Shown one piece after another: positions 47,735 to 58,223 of a stretch of 64,000 bases of DNA; position 1 is the first letter of the stretch, and every line of letters begins with the position of its first letter. A program made the translations under genes and the position numbers. Under the pieces are notes generated by a model. The model made no database searches, was not told where the DNA came from, and saw nothing but the letters and a program-made list of their open reading frames with translations. This DNA comes from a virus. The DNA lies in IMG/VR virus record IMGVR_UViG_3300028800_000060, positions 111,699 through 175,698 of that record, one strand, 5' to 3'.

Positions 47735-48724
47735 ATGCTAAATTCTAATTTTAACTTCACAACCCGATATACCGAGCAAGATCTTGTGGAAAGATTAATT
47801 ATCGAATCTATCCAAATATATGGTATGGATGTAACTTTTTGCCCTAAGACTATAGTAGATTATGATGCTCTATTGGGTGAAGACGTGCAAAAAGCCTTTA
47901 GAGATGCTTTTATTATCGAAAGCTATTTTGAAAATGTTGATGGCTTTATGGGTGATAAAAATTTCTTAAATAAACTGGGTTTAAATATCGATAAACAGGC
48001 AACATTTATTATAGCAAAACGCCGGTTTGATGAAGTAATTTTGGGATTAAATTGGCGAGATTTTTGGAAAGAAACAAATTCGTATGCGATTAATGATGCC
48101 GTTCATTATCATGGTACGGTTTACATTAATATTTCCCCAGTAGTTTCATTTTCGTTGCAATTAACGAATGTAACTGGTTCTTTTAACCTATATGACCCCG
48201 TAATGGGTGTTACCAGTGGAGCAACTGGTATGGTTAATAGTTTTGACCCCACAACGAAAATTTTAATCTTAACAAATATGGTTGGCGCATTTCAGTCTAA
48301 TGAGATTATTAATGATACAAATACGGATCCTTTAAATACCGCAACAGGACAAATAACAACGATTATATCCGGAACAAATATTGCTCCACCAACTGATACG
48401 GTACATTGGAAAGTAATGCAACAAGTGCGTCCTAAAGAAGGTGATTTAATCTATCTTCCTCTTACAGGTGATATTTTTGAGATTTTATTTGCCGAGCATG
48501 AAGAAGTATTTTACCAATTAGGAAAAATATATGTTTGGAAATTAACTTGCGAGAAATTCCGGTTTTCACATGAAGAATTTGCCACGGGTGTTTCTGATAT
48601 CGATGATATTGCGGCCGAATTAGAAAATGATGGAAGTATTAATAATGATCCACTTGCTGATAATCAAGTAATTGATAGAAAAATAGAAAACTTTTTAAAT
48701 TTGGATCCAAATTCCCCATTCTAA
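47735..48724 (+). CDS. gp14: Neck protein gp14 with inserted domains
   Basis: EQDLVERLIIESIQIYG, RPKEGDLIYLPL, FYQLGK, CEKF.FS.E, NSPF end; CTAAATA at 47716. Confidence 0.9.
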   Translation: MLNSNFNFTTRYTEQDLVERLIIESIQIYGMDVTFCPKTIVDYDALLGEDVQKAFRDAFIIESYFENVDGFMGDKNFLNKLGLNIDKQATFIIAKRRFDEVILGLNWRDFWKETNSYAINDAVHYHGTVYINISPVVSFSLQLTNVTGSFNLYDPVMGVTSGATGMVNSFDPTTKILILTNMVGAFQSNEIINDTNTDPLNTATGQITTIISGTNIAPPTDTVHWKVMQQVRPKEGDLIYLPLTGDIFEILFAEHEEVFYQLGKIYVWKLTCEKFRFSHEEFATGVSDIDDIAAELENDGSINNDPLADNQVIDRKIENFLNLDPNSPF

Positions 48725-48733
48725 AGGACATAT

Positions 48734-49477
48734 ATGTTAGGAAATCCTCCCTTCAATTTTCATACAATCGAAAAAATAACTACCGCATTTGGGTATATGT
48801 TTGAGAATATCACGCTCCAACGGTTTGATCCAGAAACTTCAGCGATAAAAAGTATTAAGGTACCAATATCTCAAGCGGCCAAAGAGAAATGGGTTGTTCG
48901 TGATTTGGAAGATCCAAATGCTGGAGATGAATCACGGCAAAGACACGTTCAAATTGTACTTCCTAGAATGGGATATGATCTTGTTGATATGCGCTATGAT
49001 TCCCATCGTAAATTAAATACTGTTAATTACCGTGTTGCTCCATCTGGAAATGGACCATCTGCGAGAGTACAGTTAAATCCTGTTCCGTACATATACGTTT
49101 TTTCTCTTTATTTACAAACACGCACATTAGGTGATGCTTATGCTATTGTAGAACAAGTTTTATCATTTTTCAGACCAGATTATGTAGTACCAATCATTGA
49201 TATTCCAGAAATGAATTTGAAACGCGATATTATTTTTACTTTAACGAGTCATTCACATACCGATTCATACGATGGTTCTTTTTTAGATAAACGTGTCATT
49301 GAATGGCAATTTAATTTTGAAGCCCAGGGACACATTTATCCTCCCATTAAAGAAAAACCAGTCGTCACACAAGCTACAATTACAGATGGTATTGGTGATA
49401 CTATAGTTACCGTAGTTGCCAGTCCAAATACAGCTAATATTGATGAACCCTATGATATCATAATTACGGAAGCATAA
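48734..49477 (+). CDS. gp15: Tail sheath stabiliser gp15
   Basis: AFG..F, IKVPI..A.KEKW, LPRMG, NPVPY, IVEQVL.FF.P. Confidence 0.9.
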   Translation: MLGNPPFNFHTIEKITTAFGYMFENITLQRFDPETSAIKSIKVPISQAAKEKWVVRDLEDPNAGDESRQRHVQIVLPRMGYDLVDMRYDSHRKLNTVNYRVAPSGNGPSARVQLNPVPYIYVFSLYLQTRTLGDAYAIVEQVLSFFRPDYVVPIIDIPEMNLKRDIIFTLTSHSHTDSYDGSFLDKRVIEWQFNFEAQGHIYPPIKEKPVVTQATITDGIGDTIVTVVASPNTANIDEPYDIIITEA

Positions 49478-49486
49478 ATAATTTAC

Positions 49487-50050
49487 ATGGCACAAGGAAA
49501 AAGAGGAAGACCTCCTAAAAAACCAGTAGCGCAGAAAATTAGTAGCGCATTAGATATAGCACAGGAAGAAATTAATTCTCTTATTCCTATAGAGGAACAA
49601 AATTCTCTCGTACCTGCGGTGATATCTCCGGAAGTAATTGTTCAAGAAGCACCGAAAATTTCTAAAGATGTTAGAGATGATTATGATTTTGCCCGAACGA
49701 ATTTATATAATTTGTTGGCACAAGGTAATACTTTATTGGATGGTATTGCAGGTTTAGCAAATGATAGTGATTCTGCTAGAACTTACGAAGTTGCTGGTAA
49801 TCTTTTAAAGACTCTTTTTGAGGGAACAAGAGAATTGATGACCTTACAAAAGGATATTCGTGACGTTGAAAAGAAATCTATTGGCGCGGGATCAGAAAAT
49901 AATTCCACACCCGTAAATATAGAACATGCAAATGATGTGACCAACAATACCATGGTATTTGAAGGTAGTACTTTAGATATGCTCGATATTATGAATGAAT
50001 TAAAGCGGAAAAAACAGGAAGTTTTAACAGAAAAAGAACACGGTAATTAA
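49487..50050 (+). CDS. gp16: Terminase small subunit gp16
   Basis: DYDFARTNLY.L...G, AR.YEVAG.L.K, NN..FEGST. Confidence 0.85.
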   Translation: MAQGKRGRPPKKPVAQKISSALDIAQEEINSLIPIEEQNSLVPAVISPEVIVQEAPKISKDVRDDYDFARTNLYNLLAQGNTLLDGIAGLANDSDSARTYEVAGNLLKTLFEGTRELMTLQKDIRDVEKKSIGAGSENNSTPVNIEHANDVTNNTMVFEGSTLDMLDIMNELKRKKQEVLTEKEHGN

Positions 50051-50051
50051 T

Positions 50052-51545
50052 ATGAACCCAAATACAGCAGTATTTCCGACTAGTGTTGCCACGGACTTAA
50101 TTTTGCATGTTACGAGTGACAATGCATTTTCTCCACTAGCATCTACTATCAATAATTCAGTACAAAGTATTCCCTTTGTCACAAATTCAGTTTTTACACT
50201 TCCTTGTCTAATTGCTCTCGAAAATGAAGTTATTTTGGCTGAAGGACCTATTGTTGGAATTAACATTACTAATTGTCAACGGGGTTTTATTGGTACTCCA
50301 GCAGGACATAATAGTGGTATTGTTGGATATCAATACATTTTCGCGTATGATATCAACCAAATAACTTCGGAAATTAAAGCGATTGAAAATGCTTTAGGCG
50401 CGAGTTTGTCTAATGTGCCCGGTAAAATAGTGGGTGGAGATTTAAGTGGGTCTTTACCTAATCCACAAGTAGCATTTGTTGGAAGCGGTGCCGTTTCTTC
50501 TACTGCTATTGTTAATGCTGTGGCAAATTCACATGCACAAAATACGGATACGGGAACAAATAACGCGACATTTCAAATTGGCACGGGTGGACCAAAAATA
50601 AAAGATGTTGGGACCGCTTTGCAAATAAGAAATTCGGCTGACTCTGATTTTACTAATATCGATGTTGCTGTTATAAGCACATCTGTTAATTTAGGTGGAG
50701 ATCTTACTAATAATTTACCAAATCCTACTTTAGCACCTAGTGGTGTTGCAGCCGGAACTTATGGAGATTCTACCCATGTAGGTTCTTTCACTGTTGATGC
50801 CAAAGGCAGAATTACAACGGCATCTGGTGTTACAATTACAGGAGCAGCACCCGGTGGTTCTGCTGGAGGAGATTTAGCAGGATCGTATCCAAATCCTACT
50901 TTAGCACCTAGTGGTGTTGCAGCCGGAACTTATGGAGATGCCACTCACGTAGGATCCTTTGCTGTTGATGCTAAAGGAAGAATTACATCGGCATCTGGTA
51001 TTTTGGTTACTTTCGGAACTGCAAGTGGAGATTTAACAGGTTCTTTTCCTAACCCAACAGTTGCTACAGTGGGTGGAGTATCTGCTAGTAATATTGCAAC
51101 TGCTGCCGCAGAAACATTAGCAGCTACCAGTGTAAATACTGTGAGTACTATTGTCGAGCGAGATGGAAATGGTGATTTTTCTTCTAGACGTATAACCTGT
51201 AGAATTTTGGCGGGAGGATCGACACCAACAAGATCCTTAGGCGCCGGAGCGGGTACGGGCCCTTCTTCATCTATAACAGGAACAGATATGGCAGGATCAA
51301 TTACAGTAACAACAGGTTCTGCACCAGCTACAGCATCAACAATTGTTACTATAACTTTCAATTCAGCTTTGGCCTCGGCACCAAATTCCGTAATATTGAC
51401 CCCCGGAAATGCTGCTACGGCTGCATTAACAACAAATGCCGCATTCGTTACGAGTTTGGGTACTGGTGGATTTAGTTTAACTTCAAATGCTGTGGCTTTA
51501 GGAGCAACAACAACCTATATTTGGTACTTCGTTGTTATAGGATAA
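50052..51545 (+). CDS. Fibre-like structural protein with GGDLxGxxPNPT repeats
   Basis: GDL.G..PNP repeated 4 times; SGVAAGTYGD.THVGSF.VDAKGRIT.AS twice. Confidence 0.7.
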   Translation: MNPNTAVFPTSVATDLILHVTSDNAFSPLASTINNSVQSIPFVTNSVFTLPCLIALENEVILAEGPIVGINITNCQRGFIGTPAGHNSGIVGYQYIFAYDINQITSEIKAIENALGASLSNVPGKIVGGDLSGSLPNPQVAFVGSGAVSSTAIVNAVANSHAQNTDTGTNNATFQIGTGGPKIKDVGTALQIRNSADSDFTNIDVAVISTSVNLGGDLTNNLPNPTLAPSGVAAGTYGDSTHVGSFTVDAKGRITTASGVTITGAAPGGSAGGDLAGSYPNPTLAPSGVAAGTYGDATHVGSFAVDAKGRITSASGILVTFGTASGDLTGSFPNPTVATVGGVSASNIATAAAETLAATSVNTVSTIVERDGNGDFSSRRITCRILAGGSTPTRSLGAGAGTGPSSSITGTDMAGSITVTTGSAPATASTIVTITFNSALASAPNSVILTPGNAATAALTTNAAFVTSLGTGGFSLTSNAVALGATTTYIWYFVVIG

Positions 51546-51546
51546 T

Positions 51547-53283
51547 ATGAGTTCTTATCTTGGTAATCCATCTTTAAAAGATCAGAATGTTAAGGTTCAA
51601 TGGACCAATCAGCGTTTTACGGAATTCCATAAATGCGCCGAGGATCCAGTTTACTTTATCACAAAATATATACAGGTCGTTACAATCGACGAAGGTGTAA
51701 CTGATTTTAAATTATGGAAATTCCAGGCAAATTTAATTAAAACGGTACATGGAAATCGTTTCGTAATCACAGTAATGCCTAGGCAGAGTGGTAAAAGTAC
51801 CACTATGATTGCATACTTCTTGCATTATCTTCTTTTTAATAAACATAAGAAGATTGGTATACTTGCTAATAAAAGAGATACTGCTGTTGAATTGCTTTCA
51901 AGGCTCCAACTCGCATTTGAATTGTTGCCTATGTGGCTTCAACAAGGTGTTAAGGTATGGAATAAAACTAGAATTGAACTCGAAAATGGATGCGTTATTT
52001 CTGCTCACGCAACATCAGGCGCATCTGTCCGCGGTCAAACATTCAATATCATTTTCTTAGACGAATTTGCGCACATTGATCCAAAATTAGCTGATAAATT
52101 TTGGACTTCTACATATCCTGTTATTTCACAGGGGAAAACATCTAAAGTTATTATTGTTTCTACTCCAAATGGAATGAATCTTTTTTATGAATTATGGCAA
52201 AAAGCAAATCTGGAAAATTCGCATAAAGATTGGAATCAATTTATTCCACTCGAAGTGCATTACACTGAAGTTCCTGGTAGAGAAGATCCAGAATGGGCAA
52301 AGAAAACAATTTCAATCATCGGCCAGGACCGTTTTGACCAAGAATTTGGTTGTGAATTCTTAGGATCTGGTGCTACATTAATTAGTGGTAGAATTTTGAA
52401 AATAATGCCAGTTTTTCCACCAAAATATTCTCAAAATGGTTTAGATGTATATAAAGATCCCGAACGTACTCAAAATGAACCGAAAATTTATGTCATTGCA
52501 GTTGATACGGCAAGAGGTAAGCAATTAGATTATTCTGCATTTGCCGTTATTGATGTAACTAATTCTCCATATGAGGTTGTTGCTAAATATCGGAGTAATA
52601 CTATTCCTCCCGTGTTGTATGCCGATGCTATTGTTCCTGTGGCAAAACGATATAATAATGCTTTTATTTTAATTGAAATGGATGGTCCTGGTTATCAAGT
52701 TGCTGATGACCTTCATCATATTCATGAATACCCAAATATTCTTTACGTTGCAACAAAAGGACGTTCAGGTCAGATTCTTGCTACAGGTTTTGGTAATACA
52801 GGAAAAAATGTTCAGCGTGGCGTTAAAATGAGTACTCCTGTTCGCCGTGTAGGATGTGCGAATTTAAAAACTTTGGTGGAAACACAAAGATTATTAATAC
52901 ACGATAATGATATTAAATTGGAATTACAGGCCTTTGAATTAAAAGGAGATAAATATCAAGCTTCAGAAGGCCATCATGATGATCTTGTAATGTGTCTTGT
53001 TTCCTTTTGTTGGTTAACGACACAAAAACATTTTAGAGACATGGTGGACGCGGCAGTACGAGAAGATTTACGAGATACATATGCTCCAAATTTTGATCAT
53101 GATTTAACCCCATATGGATGGATAGAAACTCATCAGGATGTTGAAGAAGTTATTTTTACTGAAAAAGATATTTGGAAAAGTGCTCAGAGTGATGTTTGGG
53201 AAAAATTTGCAGAGCAAGAAAGATATAGAGCTTCGATTGACATGGACCGTTTGAAACGTTTGGAAAAAGTTGGTTGGGGTTAA
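51547..53283 (+). CDS. gp17: Terminase large subunit gp17
   Basis: YLGNP, PRQSGKST, IFLDEFA, STPNG.N, F.QEFGCEFLGS, DYSAF, HDDLVM. Confidence 0.97.
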   Translation: MSSYLGNPSLKDQNVKVQWTNQRFTEFHKCAEDPVYFITKYIQVVTIDEGVTDFKLWKFQANLIKTVHGNRFVITVMPRQSGKSTTMIAYFLHYLLFNKHKKIGILANKRDTAVELLSRLQLAFELLPMWLQQGVKVWNKTRIELENGCVISAHATSGASVRGQTFNIIFLDEFAHIDPKLADKFWTSTYPVISQGKTSKVIIVSTPNGMNLFYELWQKANLENSHKDWNQFIPLEVHYTEVPGREDPEWAKKTISIIGQDRFDQEFGCEFLGSGATLISGRILKIMPVFPPKYSQNGLDVYKDPERTQNEPKIYVIAVDTARGKQLDYSAFAVIDVTNSPYEVVAKYRSNTIPPVLYADAIVPVAKRYNNAFILIEMDGPGYQVADDLHHIHEYPNILYVATKGRSGQILATGFGNTGKNVQRGVKMSTPVRRVGCANLKTLVETQRLLIHDNDIKLELQAFELKGDKYQASEGHHDDLVMCLVSFCWLTTQKHFRDMVDAAVREDLRDTYAPNFDHDLTPYGWIETHQDVEEVIFTEKDIWKSAQSDVWEKFAEQERYRASIDMDRLKRLEKVGWG

Positions 53284-53364
53284 AACTTCAAAAACAATAA
53301 ATATCTTTCGAAGTGATAATTAAAAAATAATCGTCAAGATTATAGAAAATAAGGAGATACATAG

Positions 53365-55953
53365 ATGGCATTTCAATTATTGAGCCCGGGGGTACAGACC
53401 TCAGAAATTGATCTATCTACCGTAGTAACTAGTGTAGCCACTACTGGTGGTGTTATTGCTGGACCGCTAACATGGGGACCAGCCGATGTTAAAACGTTAG
53501 TAGATAGTGAAATTACTTTAGTAAATACATTCGGTAAACCTGATAATGATACCGCCAGCGTTTTCTTTTCCGCAGCAAGTTTCTTGCAATATGGAAACAA
53601 CTTAAATGTTGTTCGTGTGTTGCCTGCTAATGCGCGTAATGCGGCAGAAATTAACGATGGTGTTACATTTATTACAGTTACAACCTCAGGAACTGGTTAC
53701 GTACACGTTCCTACATTGTCTTTTTCGAGTGGTTCTGCAACAGCAACAGCGGCTGTTGCTGGTGGAGAAATCGTTTCAGTAACTATTACTAATCCTGGTT
53801 CTGGTTATTCTGTAGAAAATCCTCCATCAATCACAGTAACACCAAACGGTGGAGATTCAATCACACAATTGGCTGTGTTAACACCTCGTATTGGTGTTCA
53901 AATCAAAAATGATACTGATTACGAATTCAATTATTATGGCGGTACACCCGGTGTTGGTCAGTTTGCAGCCAAATATGCGGGTATATTAGGAAATGGTATA
54001 GAAGTATTCATTTGTGACGATCCCAATCAATATGCAACATGGCCTTATAAGAACCAGTTCACTGGTGCTCCAGGGACTTCTGATTATACTGCCAATTTGG
54101 GCGGAAGTAATGATGAACTTCATATTGTTGTAGTTGATACGGTTGGTATCATAACAGGAACTGCTGGTGATGTAATTGAAAAGTTTGCATTCGTTTCTAA
54201 AGCATCCGATGCAAAGAATGCCCAGGGTACTAGTATCTTTTACCCCCAAGTTTTAAAGACAAAATCCAATTGGATCCTTTGGATGAATTATCCAACGACA
54301 GTTTTCAATTGGGGCACGATAGCAAAAAATACCATATTTGATGGTTTTTATGTAAATGGAGCGGCAGCTTTTTTGAATGTATTGTCTAGTAATGCCGGTA
54401 TTCGTTATGCTTCTAAAGTTCCAGGAACTAGTGGTAATGCTATCACAATCAATTATACTAATCCAGGTGCAGATCATTCAATCTCGGTTGGTGTTGCTGG
54501 GACAGCTATTACTGTTACCTTAGGATATGCATCCGGTGCGATTGATTCAACTGCTGCCGATGTATTGGCAGCCATTCGTGCATATGCTCCTGCTGCTGCA
54601 TTAGTATCTACAGAATTCGTAACTGGTGGAAATGGTGCAGACCTTGTAACGGCTGTGGGCACAACTCATTTAGCTGGTGGTATCAATGGTGGAGGAGATT
54701 TTGCTTCATTAAATGTTCAACCTGGTTCGGGAACTGGTGTAACTTATACAACCAAAACTGCGGGAGCTAATGGAAATCTTATCACAATCACATATGTTGA
54801 CCCAGGTGGTGTATCAGCATCTTTTAGTGTGGTTGTAGTAGGAAATGCAATCACTGTAAATTTGGCTCGGGCCGCCAGTGCGTTAACAACAACTGCCGCA
54901 CAAGTTCAAGCAGGTATTGCTGCTAGTCCTTCCGCTGTCGCATTAGTAACTGCCGTTCTTGATGGTGCGGGTGGAAGTGTTGTCGCCGCCCAATCAACTA
55001 CACCACTTGCTGGTGGATTTGATCCCGCTGTTTATTCTGTTCTTCTGGAAGGTGGTGTATTAGCCAACAACGAAGTTACAGATGGGGAGATCATTTTGGG
55101 ATATGATCAGTATCTAGACGAACAATTCAGTTTTGCGTTATTAATCACTGCCGATCACAGTCCCACAGTTGTGGAATATTGTATTCAAAATATTTCCGAA
55201 TTTCGAAAAGATAATGTAACTTTCTTATCACCATTAGAATCCTCAGTTGTTAACAATGCGGGTAACGAAGTTACAGATGTGGTAAATGACCGTAATGTAT
55301 ACGCAAGTTCAAGCTATGCATTTATGGATAACAATTGGCTCCAAAAATACGATAAGTATAATGATGTGTATCGTTATATTCCAGCTAATGGTGACATGGC
55401 TGGTTTATGTGTTCGCACCGATTATACTCGTGATCCTTGGTTTTCTCCTGCTGGGTTAAATCGTGGTAATGTTAAAGGTGTTACTAGCCTTGCTTGGAAT
55501 CCTAGACAAGCTTATCGTGATGTATTATATCAAGCCGGTGTAAATCCTATTGTTGCCTTCCCGGGACAAGGTGCTGTATTGTTTGGTGACAAGACCTTGC
55601 AAGCGAAACCAAGCGCCTTCGACAGAATCAATGTTCGCCGTTTGTTCATTGTGATTGAACAAGCTATTGCGCGCGCCGCAAAATATGTTTTGTTTGAATT
55701 CAATGATGATATCACTAGAACACAATTCCGTGGTTTGATAGATCCATTCTTACGAGATATTCAAGGAAGACGTGGATTAACAAATTACAAGATTGTTTGT
55801 GATGCAACAAACAATTCATCCCAAATGATTGACCTTCATCAATTTGAAGGTGATATTTATTTGGCACCAGCACAATCAATCAATTTTATTCAATTGAATT
55901 TCATTGCAACTCGTACAGGTGTTGATTTTAATGAAATTGTTGGTCAATTTTAG
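53365..55953 (+). CDS. gp18: Tail sheath protein gp18 (enlarged, 862 aa)
   Basis: SPGV...EID, PWFSPAG.NRG, LFGDKT, SAFDRINVRRLF, LFEFND. Confidence 0.97.
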   Translation: MAFQLLSPGVQTSEIDLSTVVTSVATTGGVIAGPLTWGPADVKTLVDSEITLVNTFGKPDNDTASVFFSAASFLQYGNNLNVVRVLPANARNAAEINDGVTFITVTTSGTGYVHVPTLSFSSGSATATAAVAGGEIVSVTITNPGSGYSVENPPSITVTPNGGDSITQLAVLTPRIGVQIKNDTDYEFNYYGGTPGVGQFAAKYAGILGNGIEVFICDDPNQYATWPYKNQFTGAPGTSDYTANLGGSNDELHIVVVDTVGIITGTAGDVIEKFAFVSKASDAKNAQGTSIFYPQVLKTKSNWILWMNYPTTVFNWGTIAKNTIFDGFYVNGAAAFLNVLSSNAGIRYASKVPGTSGNAITINYTNPGADHSISVGVAGTAITVTLGYASGAIDSTAADVLAAIRAYAPAAALVSTEFVTGGNGADLVTAVGTTHLAGGINGGGDFASLNVQPGSGTGVTYTTKTAGANGNLITITYVDPGGVSASFSVVVVGNAITVNLARAASALTTTAAQVQAGIAASPSAVALVTAVLDGAGGSVVAAQSTTPLAGGFDPAVYSVLLEGGVLANNEVTDGEIILGYDQYLDEQFSFALLITADHSPTVVEYCIQNISEFRKDNVTFLSPLESSVVNNAGNEVTDVVNDRNVYASSSYAFMDNNWLQKYDKYNDVYRYIPANGDMAGLCVRTDYTRDPWFSPAGLNRGNVKGVTSLAWNPRQAYRDVLYQAGVNPIVAFPGQGAVLFGDKTLQAKPSAFDRINVRRLFIVIEQAIARAAKYVLFEFNDDITRTQFRGLIDPFLRDIQGRRGLTNYKIVCDATNNSSQMIDLHQFEGDIYLAPAQSINFIQLNFIATRTGVDFNEIVGQF

Positions 55954-55970
55954 TAGTAGGAGATTAATAG

Positions 55971-56555
55971 ATGCCTAGAAGTATTACAGGATTCCGTGCA
56001 CAGCTAATTGGTAGCGGTGCACGTCCAAACCTTTTTCAAGTTAGTATGGTATTTCCTATTTTGGCTGTAGCTGGTGTTGCCAATGCACTTGTTTCGTTTA
56101 TGGCAGAATCAACCTCTATACCAAAAGATGAACTTGGTGAAATTGAAGTCTCATATATGGGTCGTAAACTTTATTATCCTGGGGATCGTGTTTTTGATCC
56201 TTGGACAATAACCATTATGAATGATGAAAATTTCGCAATACACGATGCTTTCGAACGTTGGATGAGTGCGTTAAATGAACACGAAGCAAATATCCGTGAT
56301 CCTTTAGCTGCTGCACCCGCTGGTTACACAACAGACGGTTTTATCCAACAATTTTCTAAATTGGATCTACCTCCAATTAAACAATACAAGATGACTAGCT
56401 TTTTCCCAACTGAAGTGGGAGCCATTGAGTTAGATTGGGGAACAAATAACACTATTGAGAAGTTCCAAGTAACTTTAAGATACCAATGGTGGAATTCTAT
56501 TGGTCCTACGGGTCCAACTACAGATGGCGTTACTTCTTTTCCATTAGTTCCTTAA
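55971..56555 (+). CDS. gp19: Tail tube protein gp19
   Basis: GARPNLFQV, GDRVF..WTIT..NDE.F, FP..VG.I.LDW, IE.FQVTL.Y. Confidence 0.95.
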   Translation: MPRSITGFRAQLIGSGARPNLFQVSMVFPILAVAGVANALVSFMAESTSIPKDELGEIEVSYMGRKLYYPGDRVFDPWTITIMNDENFAIHDAFERWMSALNEHEANIRDPLAAAPAGYTTDGFIQQFSKLDLPPIKQYKMTSFFPTEVGAIELDWGTNNTIEKFQVTLRYQWWNSIGPTGPTTDGVTSFPLVP

Positions 56556-56618
56556 TGGGAAGATTGATATAAATATTTGGGCGGGAACAATATTCTCGCC
56601 CAAATAGGATTCTAAGAC

Positions 56619-58223
56619 ATGGCAAATAAAAATTATTTAATAGAAGCGTTTAAACTTTTAGGCTTCCAGGTAGGTGACCGCAGTCCGGTACAGAAATTTA
56701 AATCATTTGCAATACCTCCAAATTTGGATGGAGCATCGCAGATTGCTTCCGGTGGTATTTACGGGACCTACGTCGACCTAGAAGGCACGGCAAAAAATGA
56801 AGCCGAACTTATCACACGTTATCGTGATATGGCCATGCAGCCTGAATGTGAACAGGCGATTGAAGATATTATTACTGATGCCATTGTACAAGAAGATAAT
56901 AAACCTGCTGTCCAAATCAACCTTGATAAACTGGAGCAACCAGATTCAATTAAAGAAAAGGTACGAGAATCTTTTGATGAAATCCTACGTCTTTTAAATT
57001 TCAATGAAGATGGAATGGAAATTTTTCGACGTTGGTATGTTGATGGAAGATTATTCTACCATATTATGGTAAATCAAGAATCTACCATTGATGGAATTAA
57101 AGAATTGCGCTATCTAGATCCCCGTAGAGTCCGAAAAATACGAGAGATCAAAAAAAAACTGGGTGAGGGTGGTGTTGAGGTTATTGATTCTATTTTAGAA
57201 TATTATCTCTATAATGAACGTGGTATTGTAAATGTCGAATCCACAACTGCCGTAGGTGTTAAAATTGCACCAGATTCGATTTGTTACGTACATTCCGGTC
57301 AAATTGATAGTACTCGAAATATGGTTGTTAGTTATTTACACAAAGCTATCAAACCTCTTAACCAATTACGTGCTATGGAAGATGCTCACGTAATTTATCG
57401 TCTTAGCCGAGCCGCTGAACGTCGTGTATTTTACATTGATGTTGGTAATATGCCTACCGAACGTGCGGAGCAGTACATCAAAGTAATCATGAACGATTTT
57501 AGAAATAAATTAGTTTATGATTCAAATACGGGTGAAGTACGGGATGATAAAAAATTCCTTTCTATGCAAGAAGATTTTTTCTTACCTAGAAGAGAAGGTG
57601 GACGCGGAACTGAAGTTACTACACTTCCAGCCGGAACAAACTTAGGGCAAATAGAAGATATTATGTACTTCCAAGAACGGTTGTACAAAGCTCTACATGT
57701 ACCAACTTCCAGATTAAAATCTGAAGGTGGTTTGGGTATGGGACGAGAAGCTGAAATTTCGCGGGATGAAATTAAATTCTCCAGATTTATTAATAAGTTA
57801 CGTAAAAGATTTGACCACCTATTCAAAGAAGTATTAAAAATCCAATTAATACTAAAAGAGATTATAGTCCTTGATGATTGGGAAAAATTCAGAGAATCGA
57901 TAAATTTTGATTATACCAAAGATTCAGTTTTTACCGAAGCAAAAGAACAGGAAATATTAACAACACGGATTCAACTGTTGCAATTAATTGATCCTGGTCC
58001 AATCATTGGGCGTTATTTTTCTATGGAATTTTTAAAGAAAAATGTTCTACGTCAATCAGTTGAAGAAATTGAATTGATGACAGAACAAATGGCAAAAGAA
58101 GCTCCGGAAATTGAAAAACAAAAAGAAAAGGATGCTGCATTAGAATCTGGAGCATTTTTTGATGAGCCCGAACCCAAATCACCAGCAGCACCAAAAAAGA
58201 AATCTACGGGAGATAAAAAGTAA
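56619..58223 (+). CDS. gp20: Portal protein gp20
   Basis: WYVDGRL, YLHKAIKP.NQLR..ED..VIYR.SRA.ERRVFYIDVGN, LPRREGGRGTE; TATAAATA at 56568. Confidence 0.97.
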   Translation: MANKNYLIEAFKLLGFQVGDRSPVQKFKSFAIPPNLDGASQIASGGIYGTYVDLEGTAKNEAELITRYRDMAMQPECEQAIEDIITDAIVQEDNKPAVQINLDKLEQPDSIKEKVRESFDEILRLLNFNEDGMEIFRRWYVDGRLFYHIMVNQESTIDGIKELRYLDPRRVRKIREIKKKLGEGGVEVIDSILEYYLYNERGIVNVESTTAVGVKIAPDSICYVHSGQIDSTRNMVVSYLHKAIKPLNQLRAMEDAHVIYRLSRAAERRVFYIDVGNMPTERAEQYIKVIMNDFRNKLVYDSNTGEVRDDKKFLSMQEDFFLPRREGGRGTEVTTLPAGTNLGQIEDIMYFQERLYKALHVPTSRLKSEGGLGMGREAEISRDEIKFSRFINKLRKRFDHLFKEVLKIQLILKEIIVLDDWEKFRESINFDYTKDSVFTEAKEQEILTTRIQLLQLIDPGPIIGRYFSMEFLKKNVLRQSVEEIELMTEQMAKEAPEIEKQKEKDAALESGAFFDEPEPKSPAAPKKKSTGDKK

